A stretch of 57,375 nt of DNA from Burkholderiales bacterium (GCA_049698095.1 JBAVXA010000210.1:1-57375); one strand, 5' to 3'; shown: positions 1 to 10,696, counted from the stretch's first letter. The notes: generated from the sequence alone by a model not told the origin. Made by a program: numbers and translations.

Positions 1-447
1 GGTACGCAGATTAAACAGGCTCATGTCCGGCGTGCCGATGTCTTTCACCCAGAACGGCATCACCTGCATATAGCCGCGCGCACTCGCGGATGAAATGGCG
101 TATTTCTTGAAGCCGCTTTCCACTTGAATCAAACCCAATACCATTTGCGGATCGAGTCCGGCGCGAGTCGCTTCGTAGTGCACGGTGCGCAGGAACTCTT
201 CACGCTCGGCTCTCACCGGGAAAGCCTTCAGAAGTTTGCTGCCCATCGTATCCAGCCAACGCCGCTCTTCCGTCGGTGAGCTGAAAATACTTCTGGTGAT
301 GCCCTGGTCGCTGACCGCGCGCGACATGTTTGCGCGCACACTGGCTGACAGCATTTCCTGGGTTTGCGTGCCCGCGTTGGCGAACGACGCTGTCCCAAAA
401 ATAGCGGTTAAAGTTAAGTATTTGATTATATTAAATATTTTTTGCAT
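1..447 (-). CDS. Lytic transglycosylase (SLT domain), N-terminal part; the gene runs off the left edge
   Basis: Absent from the ORF track because it is open at the window edge. My reverse-strand translation from ATG 447 gives MQKIFNIIKYLTLTAIFGTASFANA (signal peptide), then GLDPQMVLGLIQVESGFKKYAISSASARGYMQVMPFW, which carries the catalytic E-S and GYMQ motifs of SLT enzymes. Track ORF 185..487(+) is its antisense shadow. Confidence 0.75.
   Translation of the reverse strand, partial: MQKIFNIIKYLTLTAIFGTASFANAGTQTQEMLSASVRANMSRAVSDQGITRSIFSSPTEERRWLDTMGSKLLKAFPVRAEREEFLRTVHYEATRAGLDPQMVLGLIQVESGFKKYAISSASARGYMQVMPFWVKDIGTPDMSLFNLRT
411..434 (-). repeat. AT-rich junction repeat, copy A
   Basis: Canonical orientation ttaatataATCAAatacTTAactt; exact WATCAANNNNTTR. 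Translated as part of the SLT signal peptide, 17 nt from the proS stop. Confidence 0.75.
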
Positions 448-450
448 CGC

Positions 451-2166
451 TCAGTTCAATTTAGCTACCAGTTTTGATTGTAGATGACTTACAGTATTTT
501 GCAGTGAAATACTTAACAGTTGTCCCTCGCGCCGTGCCTGATATTCCACTTCGCCCTTTTGCAAACCACGGTCGCCCACGACGATTCGATGAGGGATGCC
601 CATCAACTCGTGGTCGGCAAACATCACGCCGGGGCGTTCATCCCTATCATCGAGCAACACGTCGATGCCAGCAATACGCAAATCACTGTAGATTTTTTCT
701 ACAGCGGTTTTTACCGCTTCGCTTTTATTCAGTCCAATCGCCAGCAGGCTGACCTGGAATGGTGCCATCGCGTCCGGCCAGATAATGCCGCGCTCGTCGT
801 GATTCCGCTCAATCGCCGCGGCGACAATCCGCGACACGCCGATGCCGTAACAACCCATTTCCGCCACTTGTGTTTTGCCCGCCTCGTCGAGGAAATTCAC
901 TTTCATCGCCTCGGAGTATTTGGTGCGCAACTGGAAAATATGTCCGACTTCAATGCCGCGACAGAGTTCCAATGTACCCTTGCCGTCGGGCGATGCGTCG
1001 CCCGCGACGACGTTACGGATGTCGGCAATTTTCGTCGGCTCAGGCAAATCGCGGCCGAAATTCACGCCGGTCAAATGGAAGCCTTCGTCATTGGCGCCGC
1101 AGACAAAATCGCTCATCGCTGCGACCAAGCGGTCGGCGATGACAGGCAGCTTCAAACCCACCGGCCCAAGGTACCCCGGCGCAGTGTTAAGCCCCGCGCG
1201 AATTTCCACTTCAGTCGCCAAACGAAATCCGTCGGCAAATAATTTCGCCGCTTTGATTTCATTCAGTTGACGGTCACCGCGCAACAACAGCATCGTCAGT
1301 TGATTGTCACCACCCATCACGACCAAAGCCTTGACGGTTTTTCGTAATGGCAATTTGAGAAACTCGCTTACGTCTTCGCAGGTTTTTTTGTTCGGCGTGG
1401 CGACTTTATGCATCGCTTGCGTGGCGGTGGCGCGAGGAGTTTTCGGTGCGACGCCTTCAGCTAACTCCACATTAGCGGCATAATCGGAAGCCGAACAATA
1501 CGCGATGGCGTCTTCACCGGAATCGGCCAGCACGTGAAATTCATGCGAGCCCGACCCGCCGATTGCGCCGGGGTCGGCCGCCACGGGACGGAACTTTAGA
1601 CCGAGTCGGGTAAATATGCGCGAATAGGCGTCGTACATATCGGTATAGGTTTTTTCCAGCGATGGGTAATCGGCGTGGAACGAATATGCGTCCTTCATCA
1701 TGAATTCGCGCGCGCGCATCACGCCGAAACGCGGGCGGATTTCGTCGCGGAACTTGGTTTGTATCTGATAAAAATTCAACGGCAACTGGCGGTAACTTTT
1801 TATTTCGCGCCGCGCGATATCGCTGATCACTTCTTCATGCGTCGGGCCGAAACAGAAATCGCGCTCGTGGCGGTCCTTGATTTTTAGCATCTGCGGGCCG
1901 AAAACATCCCAGCGCCCACTCTCCTGCCATAACTCGGCCGGCTGAATTGCCGGCATCAACAATTCCACTGCGCCCGCCGCATCCATTTCCTCGCGCACGA
2001 TGTTTTCCACCTTGCGCAACACGCGCAAGCCGAGCGGCATCCAAGTGTAAAGCCCGCTTCCAAGCTTTTTGATCAAGCCCGCGCGCAGCATCAGCTTGTG
2101 GCTGGTCAGCTCTGCTTCAGCAGGTGCTTCTTTAAGCGTAGAAATAAAAAATTGCGATACGCGCAT
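451..2166 (-). CDS. proS: Prolyl-tRNA synthetase
   Basis: Long ORF with a canonical bacterial ProRS N-terminus ([19 protein letters not shown]) and a class II core plus insertion domain. I moved the start to the internal ATG (M11 of the track ORF) to match that N-terminus. Confidence 0.95.
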   Translation of the reverse strand: MRVSQFFISTLKEAPAEAELTSHKLMLRAGLIKKLGSGLYTWMPLGLRVLRKVENIVREEMDAAGAVELLMPAIQPAELWQESGRWDVFGPQMLKIKDRHERDFCFGPTHEEVISDIARREIKSYRQLPLNFYQIQTKFRDEIRPRFGVMRAREFMMKDAYSFHADYPSLEKTYTDMYDAYSRIFTRLGLKFRPVAADPGAIGGSGSHEFHVLADSGEDAIAYCSASDYAANVELAEGVAPKTPRATATQAMHKVATPNKKTCEDVSEFLKLPLRKTVKALVVMGGDNQLTMLLLRGDRQLNEIKAAKLFADGFRLATEVEIRAGLNTAPGYLGPVGLKLPVIADRLVAAMSDFVCGANDEGFHLTGVNFGRDLPEPTKIADIRNVVAGDASPDGKGTLELCRGIEVGHIFQLRTKYSEAMKVNFLDEAGKTQVAEMGCYGIGVSRIVAAAIERNHDERGIIWPDAMAPFQVSLLAIGLNKSEAVKTAVEKIYSDLRIAGIDVLLDDRDERPGVMFADHELMGIPHRIVVGDRGLQKGEVEYQARREGQLLSISLQNTVSHLQSKLVAKLN

Positions 2167-2361
2167 GACATATTCCGGAAAAACGAAAGCCGCCATTTTA
2201 CAACGGCGGCCGTTGATTCCCTAATGGCAAACGTACTGGTAAGGAAAAGAAAAAATTGTCATCGCGGCACAAGACTAACCATATGATTTTATTTGATTTT
2301 TATTGAAAACATACGCGGCGTCGACTTCATTGGCGACGATTCCAACATGGCGCGGATTGAA

Positions 2362-4410
2362 TCAAAAATTTCCGATAATGCTGAAGCGCACATTGCGCGG
2401 TTCGACCGGGTGGAAGTGAATATCATCCACTGGCACAGTTTCGTTTTTGAGTTGCGACGAATAGAAGTAATCGATGTCGCTGGCTTCGCGGTTGAGCAAA
2501 TTAAATATGTCGATGCTTGCTTTCCACCTCGGCGTAATGCGGTAACCGGCGCGCAGGTTGACCATCGTGGTGGCCTTGGACTTCTGGCTGCCGTCTTCAA
2601 GCAGTGGCCGCGGTCCGAAATAGCGAAGTTGCAGGCTGCCAAAAAAATTATGTAAATCATCGACGGTTATGCCAGCCGAAGCGACTTTGTCGATCGCGCC
2701 GGGAATCAGGCTGCCGGCGGCATCGGTATCGCTGAATCTCGCTTTCGAGCCGGACAGGCTTGCGTCGAGCAACAGCCATTTATTTGGTGTGTAATGCGCG
2801 CTCCATTCGATGCCGTGGCGTTTGCTCGGGCGCGTGGCCTCGGTCGTGCCGGCGTCGCCGACGAACAACAATTCCGAGTCGAGCTTGAGTTGCCATAAGG
2901 CCAGCGAGGTTTGAAGATTGGGAATGATTTCCGTGCGCAGGCCTAACTCGGCGCCGCGCGATTTCACCAGTGGGTGCACTCCAGCGACAGGCTGCAGCGT
3001 TTTCGGATCGACGGTCAATGTCGCGCCGCGCGCGTCATTGCTATGGAAACCGTTGCCGAGATTGGCGAAAAATTCCGTCTTGTCCCAAGGACCGGCGATG
3101 ACGCTGAGTTTTGGTGAAACCATGCTGTCATCGGAAGTACCGGAATTCTCCGCGGTGTTGCTGTTGACCTTGAAGCGATATTTGTCCGCGCGCAGCCCGA
3201 CAATGCTTCGCAGTTTGTCATTCCACTGCAAAGAATTTTCCGCAAATACGCCGAGGCTGGTTTGCTTCACTACATCAGCGCGGGTGAGGTTGGTGCGCTG
3301 GCGCGCGGTAGTGTCGTACAGCGCGACGTTATCGATTTGATCATGGCGCAATTGCACGCCAATCTTGGTGATACTTTCTTTACCACCGAGTTTGCCGAAC
3401 CACGAGCGGCTGCTGTTGAGGCCGTAAATCATGCGGCTGTCGGCTTGTTCGAATTGGTCGCCATTGATCGGGCCGGCGAGGAAAAAAGTGAAGTTGGAAA
3501 ACAGATTAAGCCGGTATTTAATCGCGTAGCTGTTGAAGGCGAATACACCGTTGTCAAGTTGTGATTTTTGCTCAAACGAAAAACTGTAGCGCGACGATTC
3601 GCCGCCGTCGGTCGGGTCAATGGTGCCGAAACGATTGAGTGAGCCATCCTGCACCGCGCGTAACGGAATCTGGTCCGTGCTGTTCCATTTGCTGTTATAG
3701 GCCATGCCGGTGAATGCGTAGCCGTTGTCGAGTGTGCCTTTGCTATAGCGCAATACGCCGTTGAATTTTTTCAGTTTGCTTGGGTTTTGCCATGGACCGT
3801 CGTTGTGCGCGACTTCGAGGCCATAGAGCAAATGGCCGCGTTGCAGGTCGGGCGAAGCCGCGATTAATCCGCGCTGAAAATTTTTCTGTCCCAGCGTAAT
3901 CTCTGCCAGGCTGCTCTTCAGCGAGTTGGCATAGAGGATATTCGCCGAACCTGCCGAGGAAAAGTCGCCCGAGTCGGCGAAGTACGGACCTTTTTTATAG
4001 TCCACGCGCGACACCAGTTCGGGCAGCAGGAAATTTAAATCCGAATACCCTTGTCCGTGCGCATGCGTCGGCATATTGACCGGCATTCCGGCGACGGAAG
4101 TGGCAAAGTCGGTGCCGTGATCGAGATTGAAACCGCGCAGGAAATATTGATTGGCTTTGCCTTCTCCGCTGTGCTGCGTAACGATTACGCCGGGTACGAA
4201 TTCGAGCACTTCGCCGGGTCGCTGCAGCGGCCGCGTTTCGATCAATTTTGCAGTGACGCTGCCTTGGCTGGCGGCGTCCGACGTGCCGACGCCATTGGCA
4301 TAATTTCCCTGGATTTCGATTTTTTCCAGAATTTCTGCGTCGTGGGCGAAAGCGTTACCGGAAAATGAAACAATAAGGCCCATGCTGCTGGAGCAAATGA
4401 ATTGACGCAT
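2362..4410 (-). CDS. TonB-dependent outer-membrane receptor
   Basis: 682 aa. Signal peptide ends AFA. Plug region GEVLEFVPGVIVTQHSGEGKANQYFLRGFNLDHGTDF. Long beta-barrel ending in a terminal aromatic (RFSIIGNF). Confidence 0.9.
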   Translation of the reverse strand: MRQFICSSSMGLIVSFSGNAFAHDAEILEKIEIQGNYANGVGTSDAASQGSVTAKLIETRPLQRPGEVLEFVPGVIVTQHSGEGKANQYFLRGFNLDHGTDFATSVAGMPVNMPTHAHGQGYSDLNFLLPELVSRVDYKKGPYFADSGDFSSAGSANILYANSLKSSLAEITLGQKNFQRGLIAASPDLQRGHLLYGLEVAHNDGPWQNPSKLKKFNGVLRYSKGTLDNGYAFTGMAYNSKWNSTDQIPLRAVQDGSLNRFGTIDPTDGGESSRYSFSFEQKSQLDNGVFAFNSYAIKYRLNLFSNFTFFLAGPINGDQFEQADSRMIYGLNSSRSWFGKLGGKESITKIGVQLRHDQIDNVALYDTTARQRTNLTRADVVKQTSLGVFAENSLQWNDKLRSIVGLRADKYRFKVNSNTAENSGTSDDSMVSPKLSVIAGPWDKTEFFANLGNGFHSNDARGATLTVDPKTLQPVAGVHPLVKSRGAELGLRTEIIPNLQTSLALWQLKLDSELLFVGDAGTTEATRPSKRHGIEWSAHYTPNKWLLLDASLSGSKARFSDTDAAGSLIPGAIDKVASAGITVDDLHNFFGSLQLRYFGPRPLLEDGSQKSKATTMVNLRAGYRITPRWKASIDIFNLLNREASDIDYFYSSQLKNETVPVDDIHFHPVEPRNVRFSIIGNF

Positions 4411-4551
4411 CGACGAACTACTTTTAATTAAATGATCTGATGGGTTATATACATTCGGCTTACGGAAAACCCTAAAGGCCGCCGTGCCGGCATCAGGAGG
4501 AATTTACCGACGTAAAACAGCCGACGCCGGCAAATCCCAATAGCATTTGAA

Positions 4552-5121
4552 TCAAATCGGTTTGTAGAAGATATAGTCAGCCTGATAATTGACGATCTGC
4601 TTGCTTCCGGCGACGCTTGCATTGCAGGGCGCGGAAGGTGCAACGCCGCCTTGCGTCGCGACGCGCTGGATATAGGTGACGCCGCTCATCACACCGCTGC
4701 CCATCGCCGCGTTCGTCTTTACCAATTGCGATGGGATATTTCCACTCCCGTTTGGCGCCACGGCGACCTGGGCGCCGGTCAGTTTGGAGCCGTCGGTGCT
4801 TTCCCATGTGGCGGGCGGACCGTAATATTTTCCGACTTGTTTCCCGCTTCGATCATTCAGCTTCGCATCGGGTCCGACAAACACCCATTCGAACTGATCA
4901 GCCATATCTTTTTTTGCGTTGCATTGGTAAGTAATGGTGCCTGCCCCGACCGTTTCCATGGCCACCTTGTGGCCGGCGGGTACCTGAACCGATGCCGGCA
5001 GATTTGCCTGGGAAAACATTGATTGGGAGGACATCGGCGACATGCTGCCGCAGGCCGCGAGCAACGATATCGCGAGCGAATAAGCAACATTCTTAGCGAC
5101 ACGAATTTTCATTTTGATCAT
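4552..5121 (-). CDS. DUF3455-like exported lipoprotein
   Basis: Lipobox LLAAC. C-terminal QADYIFYKP resembles DUF3455 family ends. The start is set at the ATG preceded by GGAG (ATGGAGATAAAAATG); the track ORF extends to 5133. Confidence 0.7.
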   Translation of the reverse strand: MIKMKIRVAKNVAYSLAISLLAACGSMSPMSSQSMFSQANLPASVQVPAGHKVAMETVGAGTITYQCNAKKDMADQFEWVFVGPDAKLNDRSGKQVGKYYGPPATWESTDGSKLTGAQVAVAPNGSGNIPSQLVKTNAAMGSGVMSGVTYIQRVATQGGVAPSAPCNASVAGSKQIVNYQADYIFYKPI

Positions 5122-5361
5122 TTTTATCTCCATAATTGAATTGAGCCGACCTGCTCAGGCCGGCATGGTCTAGATGTTCACATCCTCGTGAAGAATCGCG
5201 GAGTCGAACATCCTCGCAGATGATACGCATTTTTGAGGCCGTCGGATGCAAGGACAGGCCGCATGGCGAAAAATCGAAAAAATATCGCTACACCGAATTC
5301 TCCGGCCGGCTGCGGGCGGGACGGCCTTTGTTGACGATTTTATCATTGCTCGACAAAAAAA

Positions 5362-5385
5362 ATAATATAATCAATGAGTTATAAT
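5362..5385 (+). repeat. AT-rich junction repeat, copy B
   Basis: ataatataATCAAtgagTTAtaat; exact IHF-type core. Lies 46 nt downstream of the TPR gene stop. Confidence 0.75.
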
Positions 5386-5430
5386 AAATAAATTGTTCCG
5401 CTGGAGCTCGTTTCTAGCGTGTGCTGCCGT

Positions 5431-6624
5431 TCACGACCGGTTTGCCGGCATCATGGCGGCCAGCACAACATCCTGCAGCTTGCTTTGCTTGATCCATTCG
5501 CCGGCCATGCTAATGGCTGCGGTGTCTTTCGCCGCAACCGCCGCTTCGAGCAATACGCGCAAGTCCGCCGGTTCTTTTTGTACGCGCCAGTTTTCCAGCG
5601 CCAGTTGCAGCGCGGACGGTGGATCGTTCAGCAGGTGCAAAGTAAATCGTGCCTGTTCGCGCTGGTGGGTGCGGTCGCCGCGAAGCGCGGCCGATGCGAA
5701 GCGCTGCTGCAGTTTGTCGGCATATTGTTTCGCCTGTGCATGCCCGGTTCGCTTCAACGCTTCGGCATAACGCAGCAGCAATCCATCTGCGCGGGTTTTG
5801 TCCTGCAGTAATTGGTTCACTTCCGCGTAACGTTTCTGGTCGAGCAGATAATCGGCATAGGCGGCAAGCAAATAGCTGTCGTCCGGGTCACTTTTCAGGG
5901 CCGCGTGGAAATGCGTTTCGGCCGCATCGGGCTTGCCTAGCCGCATTGCCATTTCCGCCAGCTGCGTCAGCACCCAGCTACGCAAGTCCGGCTCGGCCTC
6001 GCCGTACCTTGCATAGTCTTGCAACAACTGCTGATAGCTTGATCGCGCGTCGCCATTCACATTCGCCACACCAGTGCTGCACATCTGCGCGACCAGCGGC
6101 GAGGCGATGCGCGCCACCACCTGACATGCCTGTTTCGCCTCGGCGAAGCGGCCTTGCACCTGCAATATCGATGCACGCGTCAGCCACGCCTGCGGCTGCA
6201 TTTTATCCTGGCGTAGCACACTGTTTAATTCCGCCAATGCGGCGTCGAATTGATGCGAGCTTTGTGCGAGAGTCGCGCGCAGGACGCGCACTTCAACCGG
6301 CGCGTCGGCGTGACTCCACCATGGTGCCAGCGCCGCCTGTGCGTAGCCGGAGTAGCGCGGATCCGACTCCCTGCGGCCGATTTCGATATAGCGCCGCGCC
6401 GCGGCAACGGCAGTTTGCAGATCTTTCGGGTTTTGCTTCAGAGACGTTTTAAGTAGCCCCAGCTCACGATCGACTGCCGTGTTCTTTACCGGCAATTGCT
6501 CGAGAACCTGTGCATCGGTGTCGGGCAAAAAAGGTGCCGCAGACAGCGGCATCGCTATGCCGAGAATTAAAAAAAGCGCTGGCGATAATCTGCCGCGCCG
6601 TAATAGTGAAATAAATTTTGTCAT
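5431..6624 (-). CDS. TPR-repeat exported protein
   Basis: Signal peptide MTKFISLLRRGRLSPALFLILGIAMPLSA, followed by repeated Ala/Leu-rich helical TPR-like units. Same strand as, and adjacent to, the DUF4331 gene. Confidence 0.75.
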   Translation of the reverse strand: MTKFISLLRRGRLSPALFLILGIAMPLSAAPFLPDTDAQVLEQLPVKNTAVDRELGLLKTSLKQNPKDLQTAVAAARRYIEIGRRESDPRYSGYAQAALAPWWSHADAPVEVRVLRATLAQSSHQFDAALAELNSVLRQDKMQPQAWLTRASILQVQGRFAEAKQACQVVARIASPLVAQMCSTGVANVNGDARSSYQQLLQDYARYGEAEPDLRSWVLTQLAEMAMRLGKPDAAETHFHAALKSDPDDSYLLAAYADYLLDQKRYAEVNQLLQDKTRADGLLLRYAEALKRTGHAQAKQYADKLQQRFASAALRGDRTHQREQARFTLHLLNDPPSALQLALENWRVQKEPADLRVLLEAAVAAKDTAAISMAGEWIKQSKLQDVVLAAMMPANRS

Positions 6625-6709
6625 GGAAACGCTTTCAACAAACGGCAATCTCCGGCCGACCGGCAGAGCAAACGCTCCCTGCCGACCGGCGCGACGAATG
6701 CATTTCTGT

Positions 6710-6931
6710 TCAGCTCAATGGAACCGGTTCGGTATTATCCGGCTGCGTCACCACCAGGCTGTTGATATCCAGCGGCTCGGCTGCATCCTTAGCCGCTGCT
6801 GCCTCGACCGAAACCTGACTGGTAAATGTATCTGCAACCGGGTTAGCGCCATTATTATCGCTGCCGCCCCTGCTGCAGGCGCTCAGTAACACGGCGACCA
6901 CTACCGCCAACGTTAGTCTGGAAAATTTCAT
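6710..6931 (-). CDS. Small lipoprotein, unknown function
   Basis: 73 aa with lipobox LLSAC. Sits between the DUF4331 and TPR genes on the same strand. Confidence 0.6.
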   Translation of the reverse strand: MKFSRLTLAVVVAVLLSACSRGGSDNNGANPVADTFTSQVSVEAAAAKDAAEPLDINSLVVTQPDNTEPVPLS

Positions 6932-6949
6932 GATAGTCTCCGATTCAAA

Positions 6950-8470
6950 TCAATCCGACACGCCGTTTGGCGAGCCGGCAAGCGGTGTTTTGACATACGG
7001 AAAACTGGCGTCAAAATAACTGTCGTCGACAAATGCACCGTCGGTGAACTTGATGCCGCCTGAAGGCGCATCGCCCGGAACGCATCCGAGATTGATGGTG
7101 CACAACAAACCCATCGCGACGCGCAACTCGATATCCACTACGTCATCGCCGGGGCGTCTGCCGTTGGGGAAACCCGCATTGTCGCCGGCTACAACGCCGA
7201 GGCGTTTCTGCGAGCCTTTGGCCACCGGCATAATGCTGGTATTCAGGCGCAACATTTCCGACGCTGTGACTTTGGCTTGCTGGTTTAGGCCGGGTACCCC
7301 GGTCAGGAACGCGGCGACCAGATCATTGCGCGGGAAGTTAGTCGGTGCTTTGACGCCGGCTCCGCCGAACAGAATTTCAACCAGAGCCGGTAAAGTGGGG
7401 TTAGTCACATAGTCGGCAAACTGCGCATCGTTTTCCGGTTTGCTGTGGTTGAATTTGTCTTTATCCTTGAGGCCGATAACGACTTCATTCACCAACGGCG
7501 AGCCGAGACGCGATACTTGCGTCCATGCACCACCTTCTTTGCTTGCGCCGTGGCTGTCGTCCTTGAAGCCTTTAGGCGTCGGGTCGATCAAGCGCGCCTG
7601 TCTTACGCTGGCAGTGGTCCATCCGCCAATAACGGGATCCGCGCCTTTGGTCAAACAGCTGATCGGCACTTCGAGAATCATGCTCGTGACGTTGGCGTCG
7701 GCCAGATCGTCCTTCTCCAGCTTTTCAGCATTTGCATCAAATTCGACTGCCGGTGCCTTGATGTTAACAAGGTCGAACGTCTCGCCGAGGTTGACCACAA
7801 ACGGGTCTTTACGCTGGCCGACAAACACGCGTCCATCGCCGCACTGCGGGATGCTGACGTTGTAAACGTGCTGCGCAGCGTATGCCGGGTAATCGGCTAT
7901 GGTCTTGGTGCCGATGTTATCCACTGGCTTGTCGAAAACCGGCGAGGCGTTGGCCTTGTTGGTGACCGCCGTGCGCGCGCCGCTGCGGCGGTTGCCGCGA
8001 AGTATATCGACGGTATAGGTCTCGCGCACATTTAAGGTGCCAGGGTTAACGCCGCTGATGGGGCCTGCTTGCGTCAGCGGAATGGAAATATTTTTTCCGC
8101 CGATCGGCAGTTTGATGTCTTTAAGGGTGTTTTTGAAGCGGAACTGGAAAGTCAGATCTTCCTTGGCATCGCCGTCGTTATCCAGATGGATTTCATAAAT
8201 TGCGTCGGAGTCCATGGTGAAATAATTCGGCCCGCCGTAGGGCGCCTGTAACGGTTGGTAATTGGCTACCAGCGTGACATAATCCTGACGACCGGTTTCA
8301 TAACTGCGGAACATATAAAAGTCTGTGGCATCGACTTTCGGCATGCGGGTAATAAACGGCGCTTCGCGATGGCTCGAAGCATGGACCGGGGCTGCAAGCA
8401 TTGCATTGGCCGCGATGGTCAGCGCGATCAAGCTGACGTTACGCAGCAAGGTTTTTGGTTTGGTAGGCAT
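6950..8470 (-). CDS. DUF4331 domain-containing exported protein
   Basis: Signal peptide ends HA, followed directly by SSHREAPFI, the DUF4331 hallmark. The start is set at the ATG with upstream CAGGAGAAAC (M16 of the track ORF). Confidence 0.85.
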   Translation of the reverse strand: MPTKPKTLLRNVSLIALTIAANAMLAAPVHASSHREAPFITRMPKVDATDFYMFRSYETGRQDYVTLVANYQPLQAPYGGPNYFTMDSDAIYEIHLDNDGDAKEDLTFQFRFKNTLKDIKLPIGGKNISIPLTQAGPISGVNPGTLNVRETYTVDILRGNRRSGARTAVTNKANASPVFDKPVDNIGTKTIADYPAYAAQHVYNVSIPQCGDGRVFVGQRKDPFVVNLGETFDLVNIKAPAVEFDANAEKLEKDDLADANVTSMILEVPISCLTKGADPVIGGWTTASVRQARLIDPTPKGFKDDSHGASKEGGAWTQVSRLGSPLVNEVVIGLKDKDKFNHSKPENDAQFADYVTNPTLPALVEILFGGAGVKAPTNFPRNDLVAAFLTGVPGLNQQAKVTASEMLRLNTSIMPVAKGSQKRLGVVAGDNAGFPNGRRPGDDVVDIELRVAMGLLCTINLGCVPGDAPSGGIKFTDGAFVDDSYFDASFPYVKTPLAGSPNGVSD

Positions 8471-8644
8471 GAGTTTCTCCTGTGGAAAAGTGGTTGCAGA
8501 TAAAATGAACTGCACAGTTGTATACGCGGGCTGATTTACATTGGATGCAAATCAGGCGAAAAAATAAATTGTCTATAAAATACAGATAGTTAGCTCCGTT
8601 ACCTTGATTATTCGATATCCCCGCTTCCGTTATAGACAAATAAA

Positions 8645-9217
8645 ATGAAAAACACAGAAAGGAATAACGATATTGCGCTGCTGTTGCTGTCCGCCGGTAA
8701 AGGGGACCAGAACGCATTCGAAAAACTTTATTCGCAGACTTCGGCGAATCTGTTTGCCGTTGCGATGCGTATATTGGGTCGTCAGGACTGGGCAGAAGAC
8801 GTGTTGCAGGAGTGCTACGTGCGGATTTGGCACAATGCGTCCGAATACGATTCGGCCAGGAGCGCACCGCTTACCTGGATGATCAGCATAGTCCGCAATA
8901 GCTGTATCGATAATTTGCGCCGCGCCGGTGTGCGGCCGCAGCAGCTCGGCGGAGATGAGATAGAAGATATGCTGGAAAATATAATTGAACCGTCATTGGG
9001 TCCGCAGGAATTGGCGCAGCAGAATCAACTGAGTGGGCACATAGAAAAGTGTCTCGAGCAACTCGCTCCGTCCGCTCGCCGCAATATTGAATTGGCTTTT
9101 TTTTACGGCTACAGCCATAGCGAACTGGCGGCGGAGCAAAAACAACCGATAGGCACAGTGAAATCGTTGATTCGGCGCGGCCTTGACAGCCTGAAAAATT
9201 GTTTGGGAATAGCATGA
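8645..9217 (+). CDS. ECF-type RNA polymerase sigma-70 factor
   Basis: 190 aa. Region 2 (DVLQECYVRIWHNA) and region 4 HTH (YSHSELAAEQKQPIGTVKSLIRRG). Confidence 0.9.
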   Translation: MKNTERNNDIALLLLSAGKGDQNAFEKLYSQTSANLFAVAMRILGRQDWAEDVLQECYVRIWHNASEYDSARSAPLTWMISIVRNSCIDNLRRAGVRPQQLGGDEIEDMLENIIEPSLGPQELAQQNQLSGHIEKCLEQLAPSARRNIELAFFYGYSHSELAAEQKQPIGTVKSLIRRGLDSLKNCLGIA

Positions 9218-9924
9218 ATTACCACGATCCGGATTTACGCAACGCACTGGCGGCCGAATACGCGCTCGGCACATTACAAGGAGCGGCGCGCAAGCGTTTC
9301 GAATCGCTATTGCACAACGACGCGGATTTGCAGCACCGGGTCGAGCAATGGCAGGCGTCGCTGTCTGTGCTGGCGCTGAGGCTCGCGCCGATTGCCCCGT
9401 CGCGCCGAGTCTGGAATCGCATTCGCGCGCAATTGTTCATGAAAAATGCGCCGGCAAATGATCCGTCCAAGTCCGGCCCAAGCTGGTGGAGCAATCTGGT
9501 TTTCTGGCGCGGCTGGGGTCTGGCCGCGACCGCCGCGGTCGCGGCATTGCTCGTATTCATCAGCGTCGTGCCGCCGCCTGAGGCGAAGCCGACTTATGTT
9601 GTCGTGCTGAGCAACCAGCAGGCGCAGCCGGTGATGTCGGTTGCCAGCGACAACCGGCAAAAGCAATTGCGCATAAAAATTATCGGCCAGCAGAAAATCG
9701 ACGCCGATCGGGATTATGAGTTGTGGGCATTGCCCAAGGGCGGGCCGCCGCGGTCGCTCGGCTTGGTGTCGGAACAAGGTGAGACGGTGTTGCTGGTGCC
9801 GAATACGATGCAAGGATTGACCGACATTCCTGCGCTAGCGATCAGCCTTGAACCCAAGGGCGGTTCGCCGACCGGTCAACCGACGGGCCCAGTCTTGTTT
9901 ACCGGGCCGGTCATCAAACTATGA
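9214..9924 (+). CDS. Anti-sigma factor (RskA-type C-terminal domain)
   Basis: ATGA start/stop overlap with the sigma gene. One central TM helix (WGLAATAAVAALLVFISVV). C-terminal YELWALPKGGPPRSLG...LAISLEPKGGSPTGQPTGPV is typical of anti-sigma-K-like proteins. Confidence 0.8.
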   Translation: MNYHDPDLRNALAAEYALGTLQGAARKRFESLLHNDADLQHRVEQWQASLSVLALRLAPIAPSRRVWNRIRAQLFMKNAPANDPSKSGPSWWSNLVFWRGWGLAATAAVAALLVFISVVPPPEAKPTYVVVLSNQQAQPVMSVASDNRQKQLRIKIIGQQKIDADRDYELWALPKGGPPRSLGLVSEQGETVLLVPNTMQGLTDIPALAISLEPKGGSPTGQPTGPVLFTGPVIKL

Positions 9925-9936
9925 TTTATGGAAAAT

Positions 9937-9960
9937 TCAATTTAATCATATAGATAAAAG
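9937..9960 (+). repeat. AT-rich junction repeat, copy C (variant)
   Basis: tcaatttaATCATatagATAaaag. Shares the tcaattNaatcatatag block with copy G. Lies 13 nt after the anti-sigma stop. Confidence 0.6.
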
Positions 9961-10126
9961 AAATGATCGGTTTTGATGAGCTGTCGCGCGAAAGCATCAT
10001 ATCGAACCAGGCGATGACGCAGCGCGATAATTTCATTGGATAAATTTCAAAAGACGGGCGTTCACGCTTTTAAACCAACCGGAAATGTGAAAAAATCGGG
10101 GTAACTCACTATTAGGTAGTGCGATC

Positions 10127-10696
10127 ATGATTGACCGGGACGGATACCGCCCCAACGTCGGCATTGTGCTATGCAATGCCCGAAATGAAGTATTTTGGGG
10201 CAAGCGCATCAAAGAGCATTCGTGGCAATTTCCGCAAGGCGGCATCAACCACGGCGAATCACCTGAACAGGCGATGTATCGCGAGTTGGAAGAAGAAACC
10301 GGCTTGTTGCCGCACCATGTGCAAATCCTCGGGCGTACCCGCTCCTGGCTGCATTACGACGTGCCCGCCCACTGGGTGCGGCGCGAGTGGCGCGGCAGCT
10401 ATCGCGGGCAAAAACAGATATGGTATTTACTCCGCCTGGTTGGCCGCGACTCGGACGTGAAATTGCGCGCCAGCCCGCACCCCGAATTCGACGCCTGGCG
10501 CTGGCATGAATACTGGATTCCCATGGAGAGCGTCATCGAGTTCAAGCGCGATGTATACAAGCAGGCGTTGAACGAATTGTTTGTTTATCTGCGTGGACAA
10601 AATCATCGGAACAAGCGCACGCATCTGGGCATCCGCGCCGAGCCGAAAGATACGGCTAAGCCGGACATCATCCTCCCGGAAGCATCGTCTTCATAA
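10127..10696 (+). CDS. rppH: RNA pyrophosphohydrolase (Nudix)
   Basis: N-terminus [14 protein letters not shown] and Nudix box [23 protein letters not shown]. Confidence 0.9.
   Translation: MIDRDGYRPNVGIVLCNARNEVFWGKRIKEHSWQFPQGGINHGESPEQAMYRELEEETGLLPHHVQILGRTRSWLHYDVPAHWVRREWRGSYRGQKQIWYLLRLVGRDSDVKLRASPHPEFDAWRWHEYWIPMESVIEFKRDVYKQALNELFVYLRGQNHRNKRTHLGIRAEPKDTAKPDIILPEASSS

Noticed and set aside
185-487. Track ORF of 100 aa on the plus strand at the left edge
   Set aside because: Its product is low-complexity and Arg/Ser-rich. It lies antisense to a much better SLT-transglycosylase frame that runs off the window, so I treat it as a shadow ORF.
4411-4551. A possible riboswitch (cobalamin or TPP) or Fur box in the 140-nt leader of the first TonB-dependent receptor
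   Set aside because: By eye I could not find a B12 box, the TPP CTGAGA...ACCTGATCTGGATAATGCCAGCG core, or a 19-bp Fur palindrome. An Rfam scan would be needed to exclude these properly.
9963-10043. A 26-codon ORF (MIGFDELSRESIISNQAMTQRDNFIG) between the anti-sigma gene and rppH
   Set aside because: It has no RBS and no recognisable motif, and it is too short to support from sequence alone.
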